Positions 19,129 to 29,565 of a stretch of DNA of 64,000 nucleotides are shown piece by piece. Made by a program: the position numbers and the translations under genes. Every line of letters begins with the position of its first letter. Position 1 is the first letter of the stretch. Under the pieces are notes generated by a model. The model worked only from the letters and a program-made list of their open reading frames with translations, searched no databases and was not told the origin of the DNA. This DNA is from Syntrophorhabdaceae bacterium (lineage in GTDB: Bacteria > Desulfobacterota > Syntrophorhabdia > Syntrophorhabdales > Syntrophorhabdaceae), in NCBI GenBank assembly GCA_963665295.1, contig OY762209.1:4448001-4512000 (forward strand), given 5' to 3'.

Positions 19129-19992
19129 CTATCCTATAAGTGAATTCCAGTCCGCGGAGAACCGTTCCATGCCTTTTAGCGTGAGGTCGTGGGCAATATT
19201 ATAATCCTGCCAATCCTTCGAAAGATCGATTTCTTCATAGGGAATCCGCTTCAGGCCGGTTGCCGCATACCGGTAGTCCTCCCCGGGCACGGGAAGCCCC
19301 TTTTCGCTCCACTCCTTCAGGACCGAATAGGGGGCGGTGATAATGTCCGAGCCCAGTTTCAGGGCGCAGAGGAGGTGGCCGAGGTTCCGCACGCTCGCGG
19401 TCAGGACCTCCACATGGCCATCGGCTCCTTGATACATTCTGATGATATTCCCGATCAGGTCCATTCCGTTTTCGCCTCTGTCGTCGAGCCGACCGATAAA
19501 AGGGGAAACAAACACATCACCCTTTTTCGCTCCGCGGGTTGCTGCATGCACCGCGGCAGCCTGCTCTTGCGAAAAACAGAGGGTCATATTCACTCGAAGT
19601 CCTTCTGCTGTCGCCCTGCCCGCCGCCTTCAAACCCTCCCGGGAAGTAGGAAATTTCACGTGGGCGTTCGGGATCCAGGAAAACATCTCCCTTCCCTGGA
19701 CAAGCATCCCCTCCGCGGGCGATGAAGGGTCGGAGTAAACCTCCACTGAGACGGAACCGTCGGGTATCATGGCGGATATCCGCCGGACCACGTCTTTGTA
19801 AAAACCCAACGCTGTCTTCTCATCGAATTTCCGGCCCGATTCAAGGTGTTTTCGTGCCTCCGGGTTCTTCGAGATGAGGGTCGGGTTCGTGGTCTGGCCG
19901 TCCAGGAAACCCATAATACCGATAATCTCCTTTGTCTCATCAGGGTTTCCGCCGTCAAGAAAGATTCTAGTCTTGAGACCTGCAGGTTTCAT
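19129..19992 (-). CDS. tal: Transaldolase family protein
   Basis: IFLD, GQTTNPTL, VKFP, NMTLCFS, SPFIGRLDD, ASVR. Confidence 0.9.
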   Translation of the reverse strand: MKPAGLKTRIFLDGGNPDETKEIIGIMGFLDGQTTNPTLISKNPEARKHLESGRKFDEKTALGFYKDVVRRISAMIPDGSVSVEVYSDPSSPAEGMLVQGREMFSWIPNAHVKFPTSREGLKAAGRATAEGLRVNMTLCFSQEQAAAVHAATRGAKKGDVFVSPFIGRLDDRGENGMDLIGNIIRMYQGADGHVEVLTASVRNLGHLLCALKLGSDIITAPYSVLKEWSEKGLPVPGEDYRYAATGLKRIPYEEIDLSKDWQDYNIAHDLTLKGMERFSADWNSLIG

Positions 19993-21827
19993 AGGACCTC
20001 CTTCACCTTTTCTATGATGCCCCTCTTCGATATGCCTTCATAGTCGAGAAGCTGCTCAGGCGTACCGCTTGCCGGCATCTTTCTGACCGCAAGTATGTGG
20101 ACTGGGGCGAGTCCTGCGAGGGCGCCCTGCACGGCCTCGCCCAGGCCCCCTTCCGCATAGTGGTCTTCCACGGTGATCACCTTTCCCGTTACCCGTGCCG
20201 CTTCCTCAAGAGTGGGGAGATCGAGGGGTTTTATGCTGTAGAGGTCTATCACGCGAATGAGAATATTCTCTTCTTTCAGTGCGTCGTAGGCCGAAAGAGC
20301 CTCAAAGAGGGTCACTCCCCCCGCTACCACCGTCACGAGGTCCAACTCGCTCTCGCGCAGCACTTTGCTCCCCCCGATGACAAACTCGTCGTCCACGTCG
20401 TAGAGAACAGGGGTGTCCATTCTCGTGGTGCGCATATAGACGAGCCCCTTGTGACCGGCCGCCTTCTCCACGAGTCTTTCGGTGGAAATCGCGTCTGCGG
20501 GATAAAGCACTACGCCGCCGAGTAATGTCCTGAACATGGCAATATCTTCCAGGCCCATCTGGGACGGACCGTCCTGACCTATCGACACGCCCGCGTGAGA
20601 ACCCACGAATTTGATATTGCTTCCTGAATACACGGCCATCCTGATCTGGTCAAAAGCCCTGGTCAGAAAAGCGGCAAAGGTGGAGACAAAGGGTATCTTG
20701 CCCCGGGCTGCGAGACCGGAGGCACATCCCGCCATGTTCTGTTCCGCAACGAACATTTCAAAAAATCTCTCCCGGTGAGCCGTCTCGAAGATCTCGGAAA
20801 AGGTGGAATTGCTCACTTCTCCGTCCAGAGCCACAATATTCGGGAACTGGTCGATCACCCTCGTGAGGGCGTTGCCGTATGCCCGCCGGGTCGACACGGG
20901 TTTCTCAACGGGGTAATGAGGGGCCTTTGACCTCCTCACGGGTTTTATTACAGGCCGCACGTCCTCCGGCTTCGGCATCTCGCCGATAATCGACCTATCG
21001 ATCGCACCCAGTTCCACTGTCGCCCTCTCAAACTGCTCCCGGTCCAAGACCTTGCCGTGCCAGCCGTTCTTATCTTCGATGAAGGAAACGCCCTTTCCCT
21101 TGATCGTACGCGCGATTATCATCACGGGCCTGTCCGAGACAGTCAGGGCTTCCTCGTAAGCTCCGAGTATCTGATCCAGACGGTGGCCGTCGATGGTGAT
21201 CGTCTCCCAACCAAAGGGGGCGATCCGCTTTTCGTAGGCCCTCAGGTCATGGCCGTACATTGTCTCACCCCTCTGGCCGAGACGGTTCACATCAATGATG
21301 CCGATGAGGTTATTCAGTTTGTAATGGGCTGCTATCTGAAGCGCTTCCCACTGCGAACCTTCGGCCATTTCACTGTCACCAAGGAGCACATAGGTCCTGT
21401 AAGGCAATCGGTCCAGGTATTTGGCATTAAGGGCCATTCCAACCCCTATGGAAAGGCCCTGGCCCAGGGAGCCCGTGGCTGCCTCAGCGTAGGGGAACGC
21501 GATAGTGGGGTGCCCTTCGAGACGGCTGCCGAATTTTCTCAGGGTCATCAATTCATCGAAGGTCACCTGTCCCGCCGCGGCCCACATTGCGTAGAACAAG
21601 GGGGAGGCATGGCCCTTGGAAAAGATGACCCGGTCGTTGTTCGGATGGTCCGGGTGCGCCGCATCAAATCTGAAGGTGCCGCCGAACATGAGCCCCGCCA
21701 TGAGGTCCGTCGCCGACAGAGACGATGTGGGATGGCCGGAGCCCGCGGCGGTGGTCGAGGCAAGGATATAATACCTGATTAATTTCGCCAACTTTTCCAA
21801 ACGTACTTCAACAGCAGGATTGATCAT
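19989..21827 (-). CDS. tkt: Transketolase (single-chain, ~610-aa type)
   Basis: SGHPTSS, FSKGHA, GSLGQG, GDSE TPP motif, IGQDGPSQM, EDH. Confidence 0.93.
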   Translation of the reverse strand: MINPAVEVRLEKLAKLIRYYILASTTAAGSGHPTSSLSATDLMAGLMFGGTFRFDAAHPDHPNNDRVIFSKGHASPLFYAMWAAAGQVTFDELMTLRKFGSRLEGHPTIAFPYAEAATGSLGQGLSIGVGMALNAKYLDRLPYRTYVLLGDSEMAEGSQWEALQIAAHYKLNNLIGIIDVNRLGQRGETMYGHDLRAYEKRIAPFGWETITIDGHRLDQILGAYEEALTVSDRPVMIIARTIKGKGVSFIEDKNGWHGKVLDREQFERATVELGAIDRSIIGEMPKPEDVRPVIKPVRRSKAPHYPVEKPVSTRRAYGNALTRVIDQFPNIVALDGEVSNSTFSEIFETAHRERFFEMFVAEQNMAGCASGLAARGKIPFVSTFAAFLTRAFDQIRMAVYSGSNIKFVGSHAGVSIGQDGPSQMGLEDIAMFRTLLGGVVLYPADAISTERLVEKAAGHKGLVYMRTTRMDTPVLYDVDDEFVIGGSKVLRESELDLVTVVAGGVTLFEALSAYDALKEENILIRVIDLYSIKPLDLPTLEEAARVTGKVITVEDHYAEGGLGEAVQGALAGLAPVHILAVRKMPASGTPEQLLDYEGISKRGIIEKVKEVL

Positions 21828-21845
21828 GATCGATTCTCCCGTTTT

Positions 21846-22784
21846 TTACTTCTTGAACACGTCGTGTTTGCCGAACTGGTTACGGAGGGCGGCGATAATC
21901 TGCCCCTCATAGCTGGGGTGGGTATTTGAAGCAATCCTGAAATTGACTGCGCCTTCGATAATAGGAGTCGTAACCCCGTATTCCCTCCCCGCTTCCACCG
22001 TCCACTTACCTTCTCCGCTCTGGGCCACCGAACCTGAAATAACATCCAGGTTTTCCCCGTATTCTTCGAACGCTTTCCGGAGCCATCCGGTCAGCCTCGA
22101 AGTAATCACGCTGCCGTGGTCGTAAAGTTCCGCCACCTCGGTAAGGTTAAGTTCGAAGGGGGAGGACTTCATGAGAGAAAATCCCTCTGCCAGGGCCTGC
22201 ATCATTCCATACTCGATCCCGTTGTGGACCATCTTCACAAAATGTCCTGCCCCGTGTCCCCCCATGTACCCGTAGCCGTGCGGTACGGCGAGGTCCCGAA
22301 ACAGTTGTTCATAGCGGTCAAAAACCTCCCTCCTGCCCCCTGCCATAATGCAGGCGCCGCTTCGGGCCCCCGCGGGGCCACCGCTTACACCCACATCGAG
22401 AAATTCAATGCCCTTCTTTGCCACGTCACCCGCACGCCTGATGGAATCCTTGTAATATGAGTTGCCTCCGTCCACGACAATATCCCCCGCGGCGAGGGAG
22501 GGGACAAGGGTTTCCAAAACGCTGTCGACGACGGTGTGGGGGACCATCAGCCAAACAAGCCGGGGAGGTTCAAGACGAGCGGCCAGGCCCTCGATGGACA
22601 CGGCTCCCTCCGCCCCGAGTCTGGCGGTGTCCTCGACAGCATGGTCGTTCGCATCGAAGACCGCTATGCGGTACCCCTTTTCAAGAAGCCTGCCCACCAT
22701 ATTGAAACCCATCTTTCCGAGACCTATATAGCCAATCCTCGGTATGCGCATCGCAGTTCTGTCATTACGACCCTGCTTTTCCAT
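21846..22784 (-). CDS. gnd: Decarboxylating 6-phosphogluconate dehydrogenase (short type)
   Basis: GLGKMG, DGGNS, GVSGG, GHFVKMVHNGIEYGMMQ, ALRNQFG.H. AAGGAGG RBS precedes ATG 22784. Confidence 0.93.
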   Translation of the reverse strand: MEKQGRNDRTAMRIPRIGYIGLGKMGFNMVGRLLEKGYRIAVFDANDHAVEDTARLGAEGAVSIEGLAARLEPPRLVWLMVPHTVVDSVLETLVPSLAAGDIVVDGGNSYYKDSIRRAGDVAKKGIEFLDVGVSGGPAGARSGACIMAGGRREVFDRYEQLFRDLAVPHGYGYMGGHGAGHFVKMVHNGIEYGMMQALAEGFSLMKSSPFELNLTEVAELYDHGSVITSRLTGWLRKAFEEYGENLDVISGSVAQSGEGKWTVEAGREYGVTTPIIEGAVNFRIASNTHPSYEGQIIAALRNQFGKHDVFKK

Positions 22785-22884
22785 TCTTGAGCCTCCTTCT
22801 TCGCCAAAGCGCCCAAACCGCCTTCCCTCAGGGGAACAACGGCCATCCGGCCTCGTGTGCCCGGCCCGACCCGCGATTAATAAC

Positions 22885-22913
22885 AATATAAGGTGGGGTC
22901 AAACCGGTTTCAA
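22885..22913 (-). promoter_or_regulatory. sigma70-type promoter of the gnd-tkt-tal-rpiB-zwf-pgl-pgi-ino1 operon
   Basis: Minus strand reads TTGAAA-17 nt-TATATT. Confidence 0.6.
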
Positions 22914-23103
22914 GGTGAGCGGACGAACCTGGAAACCCGCCCCGACGAAAGGACCGCCGGAAAGCGGAGGAAGTCCGGCAGCCCGGGAGGGAATCGGCTC
23001 GCTTTTGCCTCAGCCTGTCTTTTTTTTGTGAAGGGGACGCCCCAAAACAGGATCGGATGGTCTATAATGTTATATGGATTAGTTCTTCCAGGAGGGGGGT
23101 CAA

Positions 23104-25548
23104 ATGGAGGAAAAAGACACTGACAGGAAGCAGGTGCTTCAAAGTCGCCCGGCACGGAGGTCGGGACACAAGTCCACAGGACGGATATTCGCACAAGACG
23201 GCGGCGGAACGGCCGGTCCCCGCGATCCCGCCTTTTCCCAGCCAACCGCTGACCCTACATTGTTTGCCGAACATACGAATGCCATGAAAGAGTCGGAAAA
23301 GAGATACCGGGACCTGGTTGACGGAGCACCAGTGGGGGTATATCAGACAACCCGCGACGGGGATATCATTTACGTGAACAATACGCTTGCCGGCATGTTG
23401 GGGTTTGACACGCCCGAAAAGGCCGCGTCAAACGGCGCTCTCGACCTGTACAAAAACCCCGCCGACCGGGCTGCCATAATCCGGATACTCGACCATAGGG
23501 GCAAGGTGGCCAATCGTGAGGTTGAATTTGTCACCAGGACAGGGCGCCCGGTTAATGTGTTGCTGAGCGCGACACTGGATGGGGGCATCATATCCGGAAT
23601 GATGATAGATATAACCGAGCGGCGGAAGGCCATCAAAGACCTTCAAAGGGAAAGGGAGACGTTCTACTCCATTCTGGAGAATGATCCGAGCGGCGTAGTG
23701 CTGATCGACGCCCACGGTGTATACCAGTATGTCAACCCGGAGTTCACCCACATAACGGGCTACACCATCAAGGATGTGCCCACAGGGAAGGTATGGTTCG
23801 AGAAGGCTTACCCCGACGCGGATTATCGAAGGAAGGCCGTCCACATGTGGAGGACCAACCGCCTGCCTGAAGGCAGGAGTGTCGACGTGGAATTCACCAT
23901 TACATGCAAGGATGGACAGACAAAGGACGTGGAATTCAGGACCTCCCATCTGAAACGCGGCACCGTTACCGTATTGGTCGACATTACAAGGCGCAGGGAC
24001 ACGGAAAGAGCGCTCCACGAAAGCGAGGAAAAGTATCGGAGCATCTTCGAGAACGCCATGGAAGGCATATTCCAGACTACGCCGGAAGGACGGTTTCTGA
24101 GCGTGAATCCCGCCCTTGCAAGAATATACGGTTATGATTCCCCGCAGGAACTGATAGAGTGTATCACCAATATCAGGGAACAGATGTACGTTGACCCCAA
24201 GGACCGCAGTCTCCTTGTGGAGCTTTACAGAAAACGGGGATTCGTGGAGGGCTTCGAGACCCAACTGTATCGCAAGGACCAGAGTAAGGTCTGGATTTCC
24301 ATGAGCGCCCGCGCAATTTACGGGCCCGAAGGGAATGTGCTCCGCTACGAAGGCACTATCGAAAACATCACCGCCCGTAAAGAGAAAGAGGCGGTGGAAG
24401 CGCAACTCCGCCAGTCTCAGAAGATGGAGGCCCTGGGAACCCTCGCAGGAGGGATAGCCCACGACTTCAACAACATTCTCACCGGGATCATAGGGTTCTC
24501 GGAGATGCTTCTCGACGATGTGCCGCCCGGTAACCCCATGCACCGTAAACTTGAGCTTATCTTCAGGAGCGCGAGACGGGGATACGACCTCGTGAGGCAG
24601 ATTCTCGCCTTTAGCCGCAAAGGAGGGACCGACAAAAAGCCTGTTCAGTTGGGCGCTCTTATCAGGGACGTGGTGAAGATGCTTCGTGCCACCACCCCCT
24701 CAACCATCGATATCCGTGAGCATATTCTTACCGGGGAGGACCTGATCCTTGCCGACCAGGTCCAGATCCATCAGATACTCCTTAACCTCTGCACGAACGG
24801 AGTGCACGCCATGGGGAACAAAGGCGGCGTCCTCGAAATAAGCCTTACCGCCGAACAACCCGCCCTCGATGACCATCCTTCAGGGGGCACCGACAAGGGA
24901 CCCTATGTGAAGATCGCGGTTCGGGACACAGGGTCCGGCATGGCTCCCGACGTGGTGGAGCGGGTTTTCGACCCTTTCTTCACCACAAAAAGTCCCGGAG
25001 AAGGCACCGGACTCGGCCTCTCCGTGGTTCACGGCATCATCAAGGGACATGGCGGGTTGATATCGGTGTGGAGCAAACCTCATGAAGGGTCTCTCTTTTC
25101 CGTCTTCCTCCCCCGCCTCCGGCCTAAATGTGCCCCTGCCTCCGAGGTTCCCCAAGTCGCTCCCACAGGAAAAGGTCGCGTCCTCCTTGTGGACGATGAG
25201 GAGATAATAGCCGAAATGGGCAAGGAAAGGCTTGAACGTCTCGGCTATGAAGTGGCGGTCACCACGAGCAGCACGGAAGCCCTCGTCATGTTCCGCAGTG
25301 ATCCCTCGTCATTCGACCTTGTGATTACCGACTACACAATGCCCGTAATGACCGGTATCGGCCTCGCCGCAGAGATGATCGCCCTGAGGCCGGATACCCC
25401 GATTATCCTGTGCAGCGGATTAAACGACCCCGTTTCCTCCAAAAGGCTGAAGAAGGTAGGCATCAGGGGGTTTCTGACGAAGCCCATTCTAAAAGAAGAC
25501 CTCGCAAAGCTCATCCAGTTTGTGCTCAAGAAGCCTGTTCCGTCATAA
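23104..25548 (+). CDS. Cytoplasmic hybrid sensor histidine kinase (3 PAS, HisKA, HATPase, receiver)
   Basis: PAS repeats; GGIAHDFNN H-box; DTGSG, FFTTK, GTGLGL; receiver VDDE...ITDYTMP...KP. Confidence 0.95.
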   Translation: MEEKDTDRKQVLQSRPARRSGHKSTGRIFAQDGGGTAGPRDPAFSQPTADPTLFAEHTNAMKESEKRYRDLVDGAPVGVYQTTRDGDIIYVNNTLAGMLGFDTPEKAASNGALDLYKNPADRAAIIRILDHRGKVANREVEFVTRTGRPVNVLLSATLDGGIISGMMIDITERRKAIKDLQRERETFYSILENDPSGVVLIDAHGVYQYVNPEFTHITGYTIKDVPTGKVWFEKAYPDADYRRKAVHMWRTNRLPEGRSVDVEFTITCKDGQTKDVEFRTSHLKRGTVTVLVDITRRRDTERALHESEEKYRSIFENAMEGIFQTTPEGRFLSVNPALARIYGYDSPQELIECITNIREQMYVDPKDRSLLVELYRKRGFVEGFETQLYRKDQSKVWISMSARAIYGPEGNVLRYEGTIENITARKEKEAVEAQLRQSQKMEALGTLAGGIAHDFNNILTGIIGFSEMLLDDVPPGNPMHRKLELIFRSARRGYDLVRQILAFSRKGGTDKKPVQLGALIRDVVKMLRATTPSTIDIREHILTGEDLILADQVQIHQILLNLCTNGVHAMGNKGGVLEISLTAEQPALDDHPSGGTDKGPYVKIAVRDTGSGMAPDVVERVFDPFFTTKSPGEGTGLGLSVVHGIIKGHGGLISVWSKPHEGSLFSVFLPRLRPKCAPASEVPQVAPTGKGRVLLVDDEEIIAEMGKERLERLGYEVAVTTSSTEALVMFRSDPSSFDLVITDYTMPVMTGIGLAAEMIALRPDTPIILCSGLNDPVSSKRLKKVGIRGFLTKPILKEDLAKLIQFVLKKPVPS

Positions 25549-25942
25549 CCCTTCCCCCCGGTCTTCCGGAGGCAACCGTCAGTAAACGTTCAGTCACTGG
25601 AACCGTATGGGGGATGCCGCCCCTATCGGTTCGTAAATTCCCTTTACTACCTAATTAGTCTAAGACAAATATACGCAATGGATGTGAATAAATACCGCTA
25701 AAGGGCTCCTTCTTTTATGCTTATATCAGATAGGTAGTATGTAGAGAATCAATTGATATACCAAAACTTTCTTTATCTATATACAATAGCATCGTCCTTG
25801 TTAACTTTAAACCTACACACTAATGATTACGGGCTCGATGGGAAGGGCAAAAAGAATCGGAAGCCTCGTGATCTTAAATACAGCGTTCTATCCGGGCAGT
25901 AACGCCCTTTGAGAAGGGCTTATAAAAAAAGGGGAGGGTATT

Positions 25943-27541
25943 ATGAATTTCGCAAGTTTTTGCCAACTCAATGCAAGCAAGTTTCCGGACCGTGAATTTC
26001 TCATCGAAAGTTATCCGTCGAAAAAGGAGCGGCGGGTAATGACGTGGGGGGCGTTGGAGGAGCAGACGAACAAAGTAGCCAACTATCTGGTCACGGAGTG
26101 CGGCATCAAGAAAGGCGACGTTGTACAGCACCTGCTTACGAATAACCTGGAATGGTATGTGACATATATGGCGGTTCTTAAGGCAGGCGCGGTGGTAAGC
26201 CCGCTCAATTTCCGCTTCGCCAGCGGCGACATCAAATATGCCTGCGACGTGACGAAAAGTAAGGTCTTTATTCTGGGAGAAGCCTTCATCTCCAAGGTCG
26301 AGCCTATAATGAACGAAATGCCTTATTGCAAACACTATATATGTGTCGGCGGCAAAGCCCCGGACAGCATGAAAGACTACAAGGAGATCATGGCCGCCGG
26401 TGATGTCTCCCCGTTTCTCGCGGAGACATCGGACGACGACATGGCGGAACTCATGTTCACCTCCGGCACCACGGGCGCGCCAAAGCCGGTATCCCATACA
26501 CACGGCACACTCTTCTGGATCGGCATCGGGAACGCTCTCACTTATAATCTGGGGTTCAGAAGCGTCTACCTGGCTCCCCACCCCTTCTATCACAGCGGAA
26601 CGCTCTTTCTCTCCTTCCCGTGTTACATCGCCGCGGGCAAAATTCTCATGCCCATGGAGTTGCAGCCGGAGAATTACCTGAGATCCCTCGCCGACGAGCA
26701 GTGCACGGGTGGATGGAACACGGTACCCACCTGGGCCGACTTGTTGAGCGCCATCAAATCGGGTCGCATCGACCTGAAAGATTATGACCTATCCGCCATG
26801 AGACACATCGAGATCGGGGCCCAGCCTGTTCCCTACGCCCTCCTCGAAGATTCGAAGAAGATATTCCCGGGCCTGCCCATCGCCAATATATACGGCATTA
26901 CTGAAGGCGGAGGCGGCGGGTTGACCAACTGTTATGATGAAGACATTATGAGGAAGCCGGGCTCCATCGGTAAGGCGACCGCCTTTATGGAAGCCAAAGT
27001 GGTTGCCGACAACGGCGATGAACTGCCCGCCGGAGGAATCGGTGAACTGGTCCTCAAAGGACCCAGGCTGATGAAGGAATATGCCTTCAACAAGGAGATG
27101 ACCGCGAAGACGATCATCGACGGCTGGCTCCACACGGGCGATCTCGCTTACAAAGATGACGAAGGGTTCATCTTCTTTGCCGACCGGGCCAAGGACCTCA
27201 TCATCCGAGGCGGCGAGAACATATTCCCTGCAGAGATCGAGGATGCCCTCCGCAAGCATCCGAAGATTCAGGACGCGGCAGTGCTCGGTTATCCCCACCC
27301 CCGACTCGTGGAGATAGTCATGGCCATTATCCAGGTAAGAGATGGAGAAAGCCTCACGGATGAGGAAGTAATAGGCTTCGTCAAAGACCGGGGACTCGCC
27401 AAATACAAATGGCCCGAAAAGCTTGTCTACACCGTTATTCCCAGGAATCCTGCCGGGAAGATCGAAAAACCGAAATTGAGAGACATGTATGTGAAACCCG
27501 CGAAAGAAGCCTTGGAGAAAGAGTTCAAGAAGAACGCTTAA
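25943..27541 (+). CDS. AMP-forming acyl/aryl-CoA ligase 1
   Basis: FTSGTTGAPK, YGITE, LHTGD, IIRGGENI, PRNPAGK. Confidence 0.93.
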   Translation: MNFASFCQLNASKFPDREFLIESYPSKKERRVMTWGALEEQTNKVANYLVTECGIKKGDVVQHLLTNNLEWYVTYMAVLKAGAVVSPLNFRFASGDIKYACDVTKSKVFILGEAFISKVEPIMNEMPYCKHYICVGGKAPDSMKDYKEIMAAGDVSPFLAETSDDDMAELMFTSGTTGAPKPVSHTHGTLFWIGIGNALTYNLGFRSVYLAPHPFYHSGTLFLSFPCYIAAGKILMPMELQPENYLRSLADEQCTGGWNTVPTWADLLSAIKSGRIDLKDYDLSAMRHIEIGAQPVPYALLEDSKKIFPGLPIANIYGITEGGGGGLTNCYDEDIMRKPGSIGKATAFMEAKVVADNGDELPAGGIGELVLKGPRLMKEYAFNKEMTAKTIIDGWLHTGDLAYKDDEGFIFFADRAKDLIIRGGENIFPAEIEDALRKHPKIQDAAVLGYPHPRLVEIVMAIIQVRDGESLTDEEVIGFVKDRGLAKYKWPEKLVYTVIPRNPAGKIEKPKLRDMYVKPAKEALEKEFKKNA

Positions 27542-27660
27542 ACCGGCACCGACCACCCCCCCCAATCCCCTTGGGCAGAGGAAGGGGGGGGTGAAAATAT
27601 AGAAGGAGAAACAACTGTTTTAGTACTTGCAAAATTGAAATACGAACTAAGGAGGGTTCC

Positions 27661-29268
27661 ATGAGAAACGGGCACTGGATGACAGCAAAAGACGTACTAA
27701 GAGTAAATGCGTCTAAATGGCCGAACAAGGTCGGCATTAAAGACCTCTACAAGAGCTACACATTCAAACAGTGGGATGAGAGAGCCGCAAGGCTCGCGAA
27801 TGCCCTTGCCGACATGGGCATGAAAAAAGGCGACAGGTTCGCGGTCCTCGCGTACAACTGCGTGGAGTGGATGGAGATCTACGGAGCAGCAGCGAAGGGA
27901 GGCTTCGTATGCGTGCCCCTCATGTTCAGGCTCGCCCCGGTGGAGATGGAATACAATATCAACCACAGCGAGTGCAAGGTCTTCATCGTTCAGGGCGGCT
28001 TTGACGGCGCGGACGGAAAAGAGTTCCCCTGGATCAAACAGGTCACGGAAATGAAGAAGAGTCTCCCCACGGTAAAAGGATACATCTCCTTTGCCCTTAA
28101 GAACGAGACCTATGACGGTTTCACTCCTTACGAGGAAGCCCTCGCCAAGGCGAGCGCCGAGGAGCCGAAGACGGTGGTGGACGCCGACGATCCGTGGGTG
28201 ATCATGTACACGGGCGGTACCACAGGCAAACCGAAGGGCGTGGTCAAGAGCCACCTCAACCTCTTCTCCCAGTACTTCATCATGATCTACGACCACCAGT
28301 TCAACGATAACGATGTAAACCTTCTCGTCATGCCCTGCTGCCACGTAAACTCCCTCTTCTACTCCTTCGTGGCCACATGGGTAGGCGGCGCGGTAATGTG
28401 CTACAACATGGTAAGCTTCAACGCAGAGAACCTCTTAAAGACCTTCTCGGACCACAAGGTAACCTTTACCTCCCTGGTCCCGACCCACTACATCATGATG
28501 CTCGCCCTGCCGGACGACGTCAAGAAGAAATACGACCTCACCAGCGTAAAGAAACTCCTTATCTCCTCCGCCCCGGCGAGAAGAGACACGAAGCTCGGCG
28601 TCCTCGAGATGTTCTCCAACTCGGAACTGTACGAGGCCTACGGCTCCACGGAAGCGGGTATCGTGACGGTACTGAAACCCAACGAACAGCTAGTCAAGCT
28701 CGGCTCCTGCGGACGCGAGGTTATCGGTACGGACCTGATCGAGCTCTATGACGAAGACGGGAAGCTCGTGACGAAACCGAACGAAGTAGGCGAACTCTAT
28801 TCAAGAAGCCCCATGCTCTTCGAAGAGTACTGGAAAGACCCTGAGAAGACCGCCGCAGCCATGAAAGGCGAATTCTTCAGCGCCGGCGACATGGCGTACA
28901 AGGACGAGGACGGCTACATCATCCTCGTAGACAGAAAGGCCAACATGATCATCTCAGGCGGCGAGAACATCTTCCCCTCCGAGGTTGAGAACTGCGTAGG
29001 CGGTTATGCCAAGGTAAAGGACGTGGCGGTAATCGGCGTACCTCATGAGAAATGGGGCGAGCAGGTAACCGCAGTCATCGTCCTTCATGAAGGGCAAGCT
29101 GCCACAGCCGAGGAAATATCGGCCCATTGCAAGGGCAAGATCGCGGGATTCAAGGTACCCAAGAGCATCATCTTCATCAAAGACGAAGAGATGCCGAGAA
29201 GCGGCGCCGGCAAGATACTCCACCGGATGCTGAGAGAGAAATACGGCAAGTGGGCCGACCATCAGTAA
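27661..29268 (+). CDS. AMP-forming acyl/aryl-CoA ligase 2
   Basis: YTGGTTGKPK, YGSTE, SAGD, ISGGENI, PRSGAGK. Confidence 0.93.
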   Translation: MRNGHWMTAKDVLRVNASKWPNKVGIKDLYKSYTFKQWDERAARLANALADMGMKKGDRFAVLAYNCVEWMEIYGAAAKGGFVCVPLMFRLAPVEMEYNINHSECKVFIVQGGFDGADGKEFPWIKQVTEMKKSLPTVKGYISFALKNETYDGFTPYEEALAKASAEEPKTVVDADDPWVIMYTGGTTGKPKGVVKSHLNLFSQYFIMIYDHQFNDNDVNLLVMPCCHVNSLFYSFVATWVGGAVMCYNMVSFNAENLLKTFSDHKVTFTSLVPTHYIMMLALPDDVKKKYDLTSVKKLLISSAPARRDTKLGVLEMFSNSELYEAYGSTEAGIVTVLKPNEQLVKLGSCGREVIGTDLIELYDEDGKLVTKPNEVGELYSRSPMLFEEYWKDPEKTAAAMKGEFFSAGDMAYKDEDGYIILVDRKANMIISGGENIFPSEVENCVGGYAKVKDVAVIGVPHEKWGEQVTAVIVLHEGQAATAEEISAHCKGKIAGFKVPKSIIFIKDEEMPRSGAGKILHRMLREKYGKWADHQ

Positions 29269-29565
29269 GAAGTTAAGGCTTCCGGGACTGCCGGGCAGGC
29301 CCCGGGCATTCGATATGTACGGGCAGGCCGCCCTGTTTCACGATGCGATAAATCGGGGGTAATGCAGCTGATTGCGTGAAACGAAACAGAAGGGCGCGGG
29401 AGGAACACAGGGCGGTTCGAATGTTTGGGACAACGGCGCCGGACCTTGGCAAAATAGCTCCATCATCCTGGGGATACGCGATTTGACTGCCACGGTGTCA
29501 AGCCGTGGGAATCTTAAAACGGCACGTTCTGTCCGACAAAGCGGGGCAGGCGAAAGAGGGGAAAA

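Noticed and set aside
22893..23030. Hairpins with GAGGAAGTCCGG and GTCAAACC...GACGAAAG, reminiscent of RNase P RNA or a c-di-GMP-I riboswitch
   Set aside because: Too short and lacking the other RNase P conserved regions; the riboswitch consensus is incomplete; the segment overlaps or lies upstream of both divergent promoters.
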